64,000 nucleotides of DNA from an uncultured Clostridia bacterium (lineage in GTDB: Bacteria > Bacillota > Clostridia > TANB77 > CAG-508), in the NCBI GenBank assembly GCA_948805675.1, contig CAQIBN010000001.1, positions 115,141 through 179,140 of the forward strand, written 5' to 3'. The stretch's first letter is position 1. Every line of letters starts with the position of its first letter. Below are positions 47,144 through 58,627 of the stretch, in pieces. The position numbers and the translations under genes are program-made. A model generated the notes under the pieces. It saw nothing but the letters and a program-made list of their open reading frames with translations, was not told the DNA's origin and ran no database searches.

Positions 47144-48451
47144 TTGAAAGTAGTAGTAATTGGTGGAGGGCCAGCTGGTATGATGAGTGCTATTACAGCA
47201 TCAGAAAAAGGCCATAAAGTAATTTTACTTGAAAAAATGAATACTTTAGGAAGAAAGTTATTAATTACAGGAAAAGGAAGATGTAATATAACAAGTAGTT
47301 TGGATATAAAAGACTTTATTTCAAATGTTCCAGGAAATGGTAAGTTCCTATATAGCAGTTTTCAAAACTATACTAATAATGATATTATTAATTTTTTACA
47401 AAAGCAGGGTGTAAAAGTTAAAGAAGAAAGAGGAAATAGAATATTTCCAGTATCTGATAAATCTAAAGAGGTATTAGATGCTTTTATTAGAAGAATGAAA
47501 GTGTTAAAAATTGATATTAGAACAAATAGTAAAGTAGTCAAAATAGAAACTGAAAATGGAGCAGTAAAAGGTGTAAGATATATAAATGAACAAGGTAAAG
47601 ATGTATTAGAAAATGCAGATAAAGTTATTTTGGCTACAGGAGGAAAAAGTTATCCAAATACTGGTTCAACAGGTGATGGATATAATTTAGCTAGTAGTTT
47701 AGGACATAATATAACAAAAATAAAACCATCATTAGTACCTATTTCAGTGGCAGATAAAAGAAGTGAAACAGAGAAAGTTCTAAGAGAAAGTAGTATTGGA
47801 GACTCTTTAAACTTATGTAAAAAACTACAAGGATTAACACTAAAAAATGTTTTAATTAAAATTAAAGATGAAAAGAATAATAAACTAGTATATGAGGATT
47901 TTGGAGAGATGATTTTTACTCATTTTGGAGTATCAGGCCCAATAATACTAAGTAGTTCAGCCATACTTTTAAGGTATAAAAATATAGAAGAATTATTTAA
48001 ACAGGGAAACATAAAACTAGTAATAGATTTAAAACCTGCTTTATCTGTGGAAAAGCTAGAATTAAGGTTAATAAGAGAATTTAAAGAGCAAAATAATAAA
48101 TTATTTAGAAATTCACTAGACAATTTGTTACCAAAAAAATTGATACATTCAATAGTAGAAATTAGTAACATTAATCCAAATAAAAAAATAAATGAAATCA
48201 CTAAAGAGGAAAGAAGTAATCTTGTTAATATATTAAAAAATTTTAAACTAACATTTAGAGAATTTAGGCCAATAGAGGATGCTATAATTACAGCTGGAGG
48301 AATTAATATAAAAGAAATAAATCCTAAGACAATGGAATCAAAAAAGGTGAAAGGGTTATTTTTTGCAGGTGAAATTATAGATGTAGATGCATATACTGGA
48401 GGATTTAATCTTCAAATTGCATATAGTACAGGATATACTGCAGGTATGTAA
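47144..48451 (+). CDS. HI0933/BaiN-like FAD-dependent flavoprotein
   Basis: VVIGGGPAGMMSAI...KGRCNIT signature. Confidence 0.85.
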   Translation: MKVVVIGGGPAGMMSAITASEKGHKVILLEKMNTLGRKLLITGKGRCNITSSLDIKDFISNVPGNGKFLYSSFQNYTNNDIINFLQKQGVKVKEERGNRIFPVSDKSKEVLDAFIRRMKVLKIDIRTNSKVVKIETENGAVKGVRYINEQGKDVLENADKVILATGGKSYPNTGSTGDGYNLASSLGHNITKIKPSLVPISVADKRSETEKVLRESSIGDSLNLCKKLQGLTLKNVLIKIKDEKNNKLVYEDFGEMIFTHFGVSGPIILSSSAILLRYKNIEELFKQGNIKLVIDLKPALSVEKLELRLIREFKEQNNKLFRNSLDNLLPKKLIHSIVEISNINPNKKINEITKEERSNLVNILKNFKLTFREFRPIEDAIITAGGINIKEINPKTMESKKVKGLFFAGEIIDVDAYTGGFNLQIAYSTGYTAGM

Positions 48452-48594
48452 AAATAATACAGATTTTTTATATACATCGCATTTAAAGTGAATTAAGTTA
48501 TATATTTTTTAATGATTATAGTGAAAATTATTTTAAATTATATTTAGAGTATAATTAGACCTATAAGATAATAAGCAAAAGAGGTTTTTTGAGT

Positions 48595-49230
48595 ATGTTT
48601 AAAACAATTAAAGAAGAAAATGTACAAGCTGAAATTATAGAGAAAAAGTCCAAATTTATTGCTAATGTTTTTTATGTAGAAACAAGTGATAAAGCAGAAG
48701 AAATAATTAAGAGTATTAATAAAAAATATTATGATGCAAGACATAATTGTTATGCATATTCAGTTAAAAATCCTAATGAAAATATAAAAAGATATAGTGA
48801 TGATGGAGAGCCTAGTGGAACAGCTGGAGCTCCAATGTTAAATATTATAGAGAAAAATAATATTAATAATATATTAGTTGTTGTAACTAGATATTTTGGA
48901 GGAATATTACTTGGAACAGGAGGACTTGTTAGAGCATATTCAGAAGCAACTATTAAAGCCTTAGAAAAAGTAACATATGCTAAAGAAGAGTGTGGAATAG
49001 AATTATCTGTAACAGTAAATTACAGTGATTTTGAAAATTTAAAATACTTTTGTAAGAAAAACGATATTTATATCATAAATACCCAGTATAATAATTGTGT
49101 AGAATGTACAATAGAAGTTAATAACGATGAAAAAAATAAGTTAATAGCTAATAATGATAAAAATAATTTTAAAATACTTAATTATAAAGTTATAAAAGAA
49201 AAAAACATCAGAAAAAATATTGAAAATTAA
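48595..49230 (+). CDS. yigZ: YigZ/IMPACT family protein
   Basis: ...GEPSGTAGAPMLNII...VVVTRYFGGILLGTGGLVRAY... matches the family. Confidence 0.85.
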   Translation: MFKTIKEENVQAEIIEKKSKFIANVFYVETSDKAEEIIKSINKKYYDARHNCYAYSVKNPNENIKRYSDDGEPSGTAGAPMLNIIEKNNINNILVVVTRYFGGILLGTGGLVRAYSEATIKALEKVTYAKEECGIELSVTVNYSDFENLKYFCKKNDIYIINTQYNNCVECTIEVNNDEKNKLIANNDKNNFKILNYKVIKEKNIRKNIEN

Positions 49231-49344
49231 ATGAAAAAAAAGAAAATTAGAAAAAATTTCCAGAAAACTATTGCAAATTTTTGGAAAACAGTTTATAATT
49301 TTAATTGTAAAATATTTACAAATTTATTAACAGGGGGAATTAGT

Positions 49345-50163
49345 GTGAAAGAGAAGATTACGGTTTTAATTGCTGATGATAATAATGAATTTTCTATGAC
49401 TCTTGCAAGTTACTTAGAAAAAGATGATGAAATGGAAGTAATAGGTATGGCTAAAAATGGAAATGAGGCTTTTGATATGATAGTGAGCACAAGACCAGAT
49501 ATAGTACTTTTAGATGTAATAATGCCACATTTAGATGGATTAGGAGTATTAGAGAAATTAAATGCTATAAATATGGACAAATTTCCACTTTGCATTATGC
49601 TTTCAGCAGTAGGACAAGATAAGATTACTCAAAGAGCTATTAATTTAGGTGCTCAATACTATGTAGTAAAACCTATAGATATTAATTTATTAATAAAAAG
49701 AGTAAAAGACCTAAAATATTTCCAACCATCACAAAATAAGAATAACTTTTTAAGTAGAGAAATAAAAGCTCAATATATAGAAATAGATTCAGAAAATAAA
49801 AAATCAGAAGAAAATTTAGAAGCATTAGTAACAAATATTATTCATGAAGTAGGAGTTCCAGCACACATAAAAGGATATCAATATTTAAGAGAAGCCATAA
49901 TGATGGTAGTAAATGATATTGATGTAATTAATCAAATTACAAAACAATTATATCCAGATATAGCTGTAAAATATAAAACTACCCCATCCAGAGTTGAACG
50001 TGCTATTCGCCATGCAATAGAAGTAGCATGGGGAAGAGGTCAAACAGATACAGTTGAAAATATATTTGGTTATACAGTATCTGCAAGTAAAGGAAAGCCA
50101 ACAAATTCAGAATTTATTGCGATGATTGCTGATAAGTTGAGGTTGGAATTAAAGAGTGCATAA
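49345..50163 (+). CDS. spo0A: sporulation master regulator Spo0A
   Basis: Receiver plus Spo0A_C (...[16 protein letters not shown]...[18 protein letters not shown]...); GTG start 6 nt after GGGGGA. Confidence 0.9.
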   Translation: MKEKITVLIADDNNEFSMTLASYLEKDDEMEVIGMAKNGNEAFDMIVSTRPDIVLLDVIMPHLDGLGVLEKLNAINMDKFPLCIMLSAVGQDKITQRAINLGAQYYVVKPIDINLLIKRVKDLKYFQPSQNKNNFLSREIKAQYIEIDSENKKSEENLEALVTNIIHEVGVPAHIKGYQYLREAIMMVVNDIDVINQITKQLYPDIAVKYKTTPSRVERAIRHAIEVAWGRGQTDTVENIFGYTVSASKGKPTNSEFIAMIADKLRLELKSA

Positions 50164-50336
50164 AATATGCTATAATCATCTAATAGTAAGCAATACAACA
50201 GTTACATGATTTGCATTTACTACCAATCAATTATGAGTTATTGGTAATAAATGTAGTAGAAAATTCGCTAGGAATGCAATAAACTAAAATAAATAAAAGC
50301 AATAAACTTCCAAAATTTATTGGATGAATTCTAGAA

Positions 50337-51140
50337 ATGTTTAGAATGAAATTTGATAAAGATTGGAGGTTTTTTTGTATGGAAAAAATTGATATGGAGG
50401 TGGATGATTTTCTTTCCTATTGTGATTACAAAGGACTAGCAACAAAGACAATTAGAAGTTATGACCAAACTTTAAAACTATTTTTACAATATTTAAAAGA
50501 TGAATATAATATTAAAAATTCTAATCAAGTAACAGAATTACATATAAAAAATTATATTGCAAATGTAAAAGAAAAATGTAAATACACAGTGGTTAGTGAT
50601 ATTCATAGTAAGAAACAAAATATTCCAGAGCATAGATGAGACTTTGGTAAAAAAGTGAGTATAGCTACTGTAAATAATTATACTAGAAATATAAGAGTCT
50701 ATTTTAACTATATGTATGAGAATAGATTAATAAAGATAAACCCTGTACAAAAAGTGAAAGTAATTAAGACACCAAGGAAAGTAAAGGGATATTTAGACGA
50801 TAAAGAAATAAATAATTTATTCAAGTGCTTTGATTCTTCTAAATTTCATGAGTACAGAGATTATGTAATTACACAACTTATTTTTGATACTGGAATGCGT
50901 TGTGGGGAATGCCTTATGATAAGAGATGAAACAGATATTAACTTTAGTGATAGGAGTATCTTTCTACCTGCTGAAAATACCAAAGGGAAGAAAGATAGAT
51001 ATGTTTTGTTTTCACAAACTATGGCAACTGAACTTAGAAGATGGTTACAGTATAGAGACAGGTATAAAGATAGTGAATTTTGTTTTTGCACAACAAAAGG
51101 AAAAAATCTAGAAGTAAGAAGTTTTGAAAGAAAAAGATGA
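50337..51140 (+). pseudogene. decayed tyrosine recombinase/integrase
   Basis: SAM-like N-domain; in-frame TGA at 50637; catalytic domain starts (GMRCGE) but lacks the C-terminal HxxR...Y part. Confidence 0.7.
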
Positions 51141-51203
51141 AGCTATCAAAGCAAAACAACAAGGCAAAACCGAAGACTAATGTATTTGTACATAAGTCAA
51201 AGC

Positions 51204-51234
51204 AGAGTAGAAGTTGCATTCTACTCTATTTTTT
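51204..51234 (+). terminator. terminator after integrase remnant
   Basis: AGAGTAGAA-GTTGCA-TTCTACTCT plus TTTTTT. Confidence 0.55.
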
Positions 51235-51743
51235 GCATAAAAAAAGTATGTGTAGTTGCAGTACACATACAGAACGAATAACATCCACAGAACTGGACTC
51301 ATCCAAATGTAACTATATAATAGTACATATTCCATTATATGTAAAATATAAAACTTTAATACTTTCCATCTAAATGTTCTAATCCAAATTCAATAATTTG
51401 ATTAATAACACTGTTAAAGTTAATATTATTTTTCTTGGCATGATTACTTATTTTATCAAAAGTATTGCCATTAATTCTAATTGTTCTAGTTACTGTATAA
51501 TTTCCTTAATTGTTTTTTTGATTATTAATTTATCCAATATTATCACCTACATATGGTGTACACAAAAATAAATTCATTAATTAAAAAGTTAAATGCAATT
51601 GTGTAAAATAAATGCAAGTTATAAGATAAATAGCAATTTTAAAGTAGTGATTTATTGTTTTGTTAATTTCATTATATCTATTGACAAATATATAACAACG
51701 TAGTATACTAATATACTAGTATAGTATACAAGAGGAGGCGGAG

Positions 51744-52322
51744 ATGAAGGAAGAACAAATTATAGAAGCTACAAGACAATTATTTACAACATATGGCTAC
51801 AAAAGAGTATCTATGGACGAAATAGCAAAACAAGCAAATGTAACAAAAAAAACTGTATATTCATATTTCAAAAGTAAAGAAGATTTACTTAAATACTTTA
51901 TTAATGATGAAATAAAAAAAATGAAAACAATTATAGAAAATACAGAAAATAAAGATTTACCATACTTTACAAATGTACATAATGTAATAATAAGGTTAAT
52001 AGAGTATAAAAATGAAAGTGAATTTTTAAAGAGTATAATTAGAGAATCTGAAATTTTTGAAAATAAAATAATAACTCAGAATTTAAAAGAAATTGATTAT
52101 GAAATTAGAAAATATATTAGTAAACGTCTTCAAGAAGCTATAGATAAAAAGTATATTGAAGTGGAAGATGTAGAAATAACAGCATTTCTGATTTATAAAA
52201 TGTATATTGCTTTAATGTTTGAATGGTCAGATACAAAAATTGATAAACAAAAGATAGCAGATAATATTATTAAAATTTTACAAAATGGATTAGAAAGAAA
52301 GGATGTTAAAAATGAAAAATAA
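51744..52322 (+). CDS. TetR-family transcriptional regulator
   Basis: N-terminal HTH ...GYKRVSMDEIAKQANVTKKTVYSYF. Confidence 0.85.
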   Translation: MKEEQIIEATRQLFTTYGYKRVSMDEIAKQANVTKKTVYSYFKSKEDLLKYFINDEIKKMKTIIENTENKDLPYFTNVHNVIIRLIEYKNESEFLKSIIRESEIFENKIITQNLKEIDYEIRKYISKRLQEAIDKKYIEVEDVEITAFLIYKMYIALMFEWSDTKIDKQKIADNIIKILQNGLERKDVKNEK

Positions 52323-54400
52323 TAAAAATAAATTTATGAAAGTAGTCATTTTTATAGTTATTTTGTTAATTCCAGTAATTTATAGTTTTTTTTATTTAAA
52401 ATCTTATTGGAATCCATATGGTAATTTGCAAGATTTACAAATTGCAATTGTAAATTTAGATAAAGGTGAAAACGACCAAAATCAAGGAGAAGAACTTGTA
52501 AAATCTTTAATAGATTCGAAAACTGTGAGAATATGCAATGTAGATGGTGATGAAGCACAAGAAGGATTAATAAATGGAAAATATTATGCAAAAATTATAA
52601 TTCCAGAAGATTTTACAAAATCATTAAATAATGCACAAAATGCAGATAGAGAAAGAACAGTAATAACATATTCTCCAAATAAAAAATCTAATTATTTAGC
52701 ATATCAAATTATAAATAATGTAGTTGCAAAAACAGAATTAAGTTTACAGGCAAAAGTTTCTGAAAAGGTAGTAGCATCTTTAAAAGAAAAATTAGAAGAA
52801 ATACCTAATAAAATGGAAGAAATAAATGATGGAGTAAGTAAAATTCAAAATGGAACAAATACTTTAAATGATGGATTAAAAGCATTAGATGATGGAACAA
52901 ATACTTTAAAAACAAATTATGAAAAGTTTGATAAAGGTGTTACAAATGCTTATCAAGGTAGTAAGGTTTTAGAAAATGGTATAAATTCTGTAAAAGCTGG
53001 AACTTCAGATTTATCTAATGGAACAAATACAGTAAGTATGGCAGTAAAACAAATTCAAGCAGGAACACAAGAAATATCTTCTAAGACAGGAAATGGAATA
53101 GAAGCCATAAATGATGGTGTTACTAAATTAGTATTAGGAACTGAAAGTTTAGATGAAAATTTAAATAATTATATTAATGGTGTAAATACATTAAATAAAA
53201 ATACAGAGCAGATATTAGATGGAATAATTCGGAATAGGAAAACAAACTCCAGAACTATTACAAAATGAGAATTTTAAAAGGCTTTATGGTGTAGCAACTG
53301 GAATAAAACAAAGTAAAAGCTATGAAAAAATTACAAATTCAGGTATAGGATTAAAATCAGGCTCTGCAAGTTTGAAAAAAGGCATAGCTAGTTTGAAATC
53401 TAATATGTCTAGTGTAGAACAAATTGCTATAGGAATGCAACAATTAAATAGTGCAACTAATAAATTAAATAGGGGAGTACAAACTTTAAAGATAGGAACA
53501 AATAGCCTAGATGAAGGTGTAGGAAAAGTTCAAGAAGGAACAACTACTTTAAGTACAGGATTAAAAACATTAGATGGTAGTTCTAAAGAGGTAAAACAAG
53601 GAATTACAGAATTAGCAGATGGTACTAAGCAGGCATATAATGGTGGTATTGAATTAAATGAAGGTGTAAATACATTAAAAACAGAGATTTCAAAAGGTAT
53701 TCATGATACAAAACAAGAACTAACTAAATTAGATGGATTAGATACTTATACACAAGACCCTATTGAAATTAAGGAGGAAAGTTATGGAGAAATAGATGAG
53801 TATGGTGTTTCTTTTACTCCATTATTCTTATCTATTGGATTATGGGTAGGTTCACTTATGTCTTATGTAATTTTATATTATGACCAAGAAAAAAGATATA
53901 AACTACTTGGAAAATATTCTGATAAAAAAATATTACAAATTATATTATACATAGGTATAGCAGTTTTACAAGGAGTTATTACAGGAGCTTTATTAAAATT
54001 GGGATTAGGATTTGATGTACAAAATACTTTATTATATTATTCGTCATGTGTAATTATAGCTATGGCCTTTATGAGTGTAATTCAATTTCTAATTATGAAT
54101 TTTGGAGATATTGGTAAATTCATAGCATTAATTATTCTGGTTTTACAATTAGCAACTTCTGGAGGAACCTTCCCAGTAGAAACAATTAATAAAGGATTCC
54201 AAAGCTTTACAGGTTTATTACCAATGACATATGCAATTAGATTGTTAAAAGAACCTTTAGTAATAATAGATAATGGATTTGCTATTAAGAATATATTGGT
54301 ATTAGCAATGTTTACTATTATTCCATTAGTTATTACAATTATTGTAGAAGTGATTAAAGAAATTAGATTAAAGAAGCAAAAAAATACTAATAAAGTATAG
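52312..54400 (+). CDS. YhgE/Pip-domain membrane protein; frame interrupted by in-frame CGG 53230
   Basis: N-terminal TM, coiled-coil NGTNTLNDGLKALDDGTNTLK repeats, C-terminal multi-TM domain; +1 at ATT-CGG-A joins 52303..53268 to 53372..54400. Confidence 0.75.
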
Positions 54401-54536
54401 AAATAGTTTTAAAATAAAGATTATTAAAAGGGCAAAGACTTTTAATAATCTTTATTTTGTTAATTTAATAAAAAAGTAGACATTAATAGGTAAAAATGTT
54501 AAAATATATTTAGAATGAAAAGGAGGAGATGTTTTT

Positions 54537-54950
54537 ATGATTTGTAAAAATTGTAATAAAGATAATAATGATGAAGCAAAGTTTTGTGTAGGATGTGGTG
54601 CAAAATTAGAAGAATCACAAGTAATAATAGAAAATACATCAAACAATCAAAGTTCTAATAATGTATCTGAAGTGCCTGAATATAAACCAACAAGTGCAAT
54701 TATAGCAATAGTAGTTTCATTCCTTTGTTGTGGAGGAATAATTGGAGGTATCTTTGCAATTTTATCATTAGTTGAAGGGTCAAAAGTAAAAACTTTTGTA
54801 GAACAAGGTAATATAGTAGCAGCAAATGCAAGTTTAGCACAAGCTAAAAAATGGAATAAGATTTCTTGGATTATTATAGCAGTATTTGCAGTATTATTAT
54901 TTATTTGGGCTACATTTATATTGGGAATAGCTATCCTAGAAGCATTATAA
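54537..54950 (+). CDS. zinc-ribbon plus CD225/dispanin-like membrane protein
   Basis: CKNC...CVGCG ribbon; two TM helices around ...AKKW... Confidence 0.6.
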   Translation: MICKNCNKDNNDEAKFCVGCGAKLEESQVIIENTSNNQSSNNVSEVPEYKPTSAIIAIVVSFLCCGGIIGGIFAILSLVEGSKVKTFVEQGNIVAANASLAQAKKWNKISWIIIAVFAVLLFIWATFILGIAILEAL

Positions 54951-55006
54951 ATATGAAATTTAATATTTAATTTTTTATAGTATGAAAATTAGAAAAGAGG
55001 AGTAAA

Positions 55007-55447
55007 ATGATTTGTAATAGATGTTATTATAATAATGAGGATAATAGTGTATTTTGTGTAAAATGTGGTGAAAAATTAGAAGAAAAGAAGAAGGTACAAA
55101 TACAAAATTCACAAGTACAAAATACTAATAATATAAATACTAATAATATGGGAAATGTACCTACATATAATATTGCAAATGCAATTGTAGCTTTAGTTAT
55201 TTCATTAAGCTGTTGTTCTAATATAATAGGTATAGTTTTTGCAATATTATCAATAGTAGAAGGTTCTAAGGTAAGTCAATTTGTAAGATTTGGAGATATG
55301 GCATCAGCAAATGCAAGTTTAATTCAGGCTAAAAAATGGGTTAAATATGCATGGATTTCATTAGCAATATGGGTAGGTGTAATTATTGTATTTTATATTA
55401 TATATTTTGTTTTTATTTTTGGGATAGTTGCTATAACAGAATTGTAG
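55007..55447 (+). CDS. zinc-ribbon plus CD225/dispanin-like membrane protein (paralog)
   Basis: Same architecture as 54537..54950. Confidence 0.6.
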   Translation: MICNRCYYNNEDNSVFCVKCGEKLEEKKKVQIQNSQVQNTNNINTNNMGNVPTYNIANAIVALVISLSCCSNIIGIVFAILSIVEGSKVSQFVRFGDMASANASLIQAKKWVKYAWISLAIWVGVIIVFYIIYFVFIFGIVAITEL

Positions 55448-55454
55448 GTAAAAT

Positions 55455-55856
55455 ATGAAATTAGATAAAAACAAAAAAACAAGTATATACATAGTTATTA
55501 GTTTATTTATTATAGCACTAATTGGAATAATCTTAGTTAAAGTATATAATCCAGAAGAAAAAAGTTTTTTTATTCCATGTATGTTATATAAATTAACAGG
55601 AATAAAATGTCCTGGTTGTGGTATGACAAGAAGTGTACATTATTTAGTAAATGGTAATATTAAACAAGCAATTTGGTATAATTTAATGTTAATTCCATTA
55701 ATAGTTTTAGTAATATATTCATTATATCGCTATATATTATTTCTAGTAAAAAATGAACCTATAATTAATAAATTATTAGAGAATTTGTTAAAAGTTTTTT
55801 TAGTAATTATAGTACTATTTGGAGTGACAAGAAATTTTACAACATTATTTTATTAA
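55455..55856 (+). CDS. DUF2752-family membrane protein
   Basis: CPGCGMTRS motif between TM helices. Confidence 0.65.
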   Translation: MKLDKNKKTSIYIVISLFIIALIGIILVKVYNPEEKSFFIPCMLYKLTGIKCPGCGMTRSVHYLVNGNIKQAIWYNLMLIPLIVLVIYSLYRYILFLVKNEPIINKLLENLLKVFLVIIVLFGVTRNFTTLFY

Positions 55857-56030
55857 AATTATATATATAAAGTTAAGATAGACTAGATAAGAAGATTTAA
55901 CCTTTTGGGTTAGATACTGAGAAGAATTTAAGTAGTGGGTTCTGTATTTCACAGGACTCATTATTTTATAATAGCAAAGTTCTAGTATAGAGTAAAGTTT
56001 AATAAATAGAGTTTTCACATCATATAAAAT

Positions 56031-56129
56031 AATTGTACACAATTTTTTCCAAAATTGGCACACGAACAATTAAACAAGGGATGTAAGAGTATAATTGAGA
56101 AATGGATATAACTCCAGCCCACTATTGTT
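56031..56129 (+). repeat. interspersed ~100-nt element, copy B
   Basis: Same conserved blocks, same orientation. Confidence 0.7.
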
Positions 56130-56285
56130 CTTTTATTTCTATTCTTATTTTTAGTTAAAGATTTATAAAAATAAGAACAAGTAAAAATGTCTTTATAAAT
56201 GTTTTAGGTAATTTATACAATTTTTATTATTTCAGTATAATAAAAATGTTTGTATTCCAAATTTTGTATATAGAAGAGTCGCATT

Positions 56286-57479
56286 TTAAATACAATTTCC
56301 GCAATTTCCACAATTATTTTTTTTAGGGTTTTCGCCAAAATATTCTAACAAATAAGAACGTAAGCATTTCTTTGTATTACAATAATTAATCATTGAATTT
56401 AATCTTTGGTAGTCTAATGTATGAAAGGTATTTTTTGAACTTTTTTGAATAAGAAATTTATTTGCAAATATATCATTAGGACTAAATAAAAGAATACACT
56501 TTGAAGGTTTTCCATCTCTTCCACTTCGTCCAGCTTCTTGGTAATATCCTTCTATATTTTTAGGCATGTTATAATGTATAACATATCTAATGTTTGGTTT
56601 ATCAATTCCCATACCAAATGCATTTGTTGCAATCATAATTTTAGATTTGTCACATAAGAATAAGTTTTGATATTTATTCCTTTCAAATGATGTAAGACCA
56701 GCATGATATTTACTATTATGATAACCTTTTAAAGATAGATAATCATATAAATAGTCTACATTTTTTCTTGAATTACAGTAAATTATACCAGAACTTAAGT
56801 TATTCTCTTCTAAAAAGCTTTGTAGAAATTGGACTTTATTTGTAGGGGAATTTATAAAAAATGATAGATTTTCTCGATTAAAAGTTGTAGTTAGAGTAAA
56901 TGGATTTTTTAGAGCTAGTATATTAATAATATCTTTTTTTACTAATTTTGTAGCTGTTGCAGTAAAGGCAGTGATAACAGGTCTTGGGGTTAATAATGAA
57001 ATGAATTTAGATATATTTAAATAACTTTTTCTAAAGTCATGTCCCCACTCAGATACACAATGGGCTTCATCAATTGCGATTAGTGATACAGAGGTGTTTT
57101 TTACAATTTCTACGAAGTTTCTATTATCTAGCCTTTCTGGTGCAATATACAAAAGTTTATATTTACCTAATTGTATATTTTTCATAATTATATTACATTC
57201 TGTATTGGTCATATTACTGTTAAGATATATAGCTGGTATATTTTTTTTATTTAATTTATCAACCTGATCTTTCATTAATGAAATTAATGGAGAGATAACT
57301 ATTGTTAAGTTACTAAAAATAAGAGAAGGAATTTGATAGCAAATAGATTTTCCAGCACCAGTTGGAAGAATTGCTAAACAGTCTTTTTTATTTAAGATAT
57401 TAGATATAATTTCTTCTTGACCTTTTCTAAATGATATGTATCCAAAATATTGTTTTAATAGTTTTAATGGGATATTCAT
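56286..57479 (-). CDS. RecQ-family DNA helicase (short form)
   Basis: Walker A PTGAGKS, DEAH box, zinc-binding CGNCGNC at C-terminus. Confidence 0.85.
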   Translation of the reverse strand: MNIPLKLLKQYFGYISFRKGQEEIISNILNKKDCLAILPTGAGKSICYQIPSLIFSNLTIVISPLISLMKDQVDKLNKKNIPAIYLNSNMTNTECNIIMKNIQLGKYKLLYIAPERLDNRNFVEIVKNTSVSLIAIDEAHCVSEWGHDFRKSYLNISKFISLLTPRPVITAFTATATKLVKKDIINILALKNPFTLTTTFNRENLSFFINSPTNKVQFLQSFLEENNLSSGIIYCNSRKNVDYLYDYLSLKGYHNSKYHAGLTSFERNKYQNLFLCDKSKIMIATNAFGMGIDKPNIRYVIHYNMPKNIEGYYQEAGRSGRDGKPSKCILLFSPNDIFANKFLIQKSSKNTFHTLDYQRLNSMINYCNTKKCLRSYLLEYFGENPKKNNCGNCGNCI

Positions 57480-57912
57480 TATGAAACTCCTTTAGAATTA
57501 AAATTTTATTAGAATATAATTAAAAATAAGATTATTAATTTATAAAAATAGTAACAGGAAAGCCACTATATTGTCAATATGTTTATGAAATTTTTTGTTT
57601 ATTTGATATTAAAATTATTATTTAGCATTAATGAAATTTTATTTCTGAAATCTATTTTAAGAATTTTTAACAATTTTAAAATGTTATTTTTTACTCAAAA
57701 CAATAAAATATTGAAATATGGCTGACCAGTAATGGCACTAAAAAATTTAAAGTACATACTTTTATATTATATTTACATTTTATTTAGTAATAATTTGTAT
57801 TAATTAAAACTATATTGTATAAAAATTAATAAAAACATATTATTATCTGTTTTATTTAATATAAAAGTATGGTATAATGAATTATGTAAAATTAAGAAAA
57901 GGTGAAGTTAAT

Positions 57913-58590
57913 ATGAAAAGTACTATATTATATAAAGATAAATTAATTGAGTATGAAGTAATAAAATCTAAAATAAAAAATTTATATATACATATAAAAG
58001 ATGGAAAGGTAATTGTTAAAGCACCTATAAAAGCAAAAAATAAAGATATTGAAAATGTAATAGAACAAAAGAAAAAATGGATTTATGAGAAATTAGAAAA
58101 AGTAAATGATAAAGAATATAAACAGGGAAGTAATGTCTTTTTATTAGGTAGAGCATATCCTCTTAAAATAAAATTTATTAAACAAAATAACCCCAATATT
58201 TATATAGAAAATGGAAATATGGTTGCAGAAATACCTAAAAAGTATAAAAATATATATTCAAAAAAAATAGAAGAACTCTTAGATAATGTATATATGAAAC
58301 TTGCAGAAAAAGAAGTAGATATGGCAATGCAAATTGTAACAAGAATTGTTGGAATTAAACCTAATAAATATCGTATAAAAAAACTAAAGACTGCATGGGG
58401 AACTTGTACTTCTAATAAAAACATTACTATAAATTCTAGTCTAATGAAATATGATAGAACAGTAATACAATATGTAGTATTGCATGAGATATGTCATTTA
58501 AAATATATGAACCATTCAAAAGATTTTTGGAAAATGGTTAAGCAATATATGGGAAATTATGAGGAAGTAAGAAGAAAATTAAAAACATAA
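57913..58590 (+). CDS. YgjP/DUF45-like M48-family metal-dependent hydrolase
   Basis: HEICHL...NHS..FW signature. Confidence 0.7.
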   Translation: MKSTILYKDKLIEYEVIKSKIKNLYIHIKDGKVIVKAPIKAKNKDIENVIEQKKKWIYEKLEKVNDKEYKQGSNVFLLGRAYPLKIKFIKQNNPNIYIENGNMVAEIPKKYKNIYSKKIEELLDNVYMKLAEKEVDMAMQIVTRIVGIKPNKYRIKKLKTAWGTCTSNKNITINSSLMKYDRTVIQYVVLHEICHLKYMNHSKDFWKMVKQYMGNYEEVRRKLKT

Positions 58591-58627
58591 AAAGATTGTA
58601 GTTTGAAACATCAAACTACAATCTTTT

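Noticed and set aside
51370-51520. Minus-strand ~50-aa RHH-like reading frame (..TVTRTIRINGNTFDKISNHAKKNNINF..)
   Set aside because: No start codon in frame (stop immediately upstream); treated as a remnant associated with the decayed integrase.
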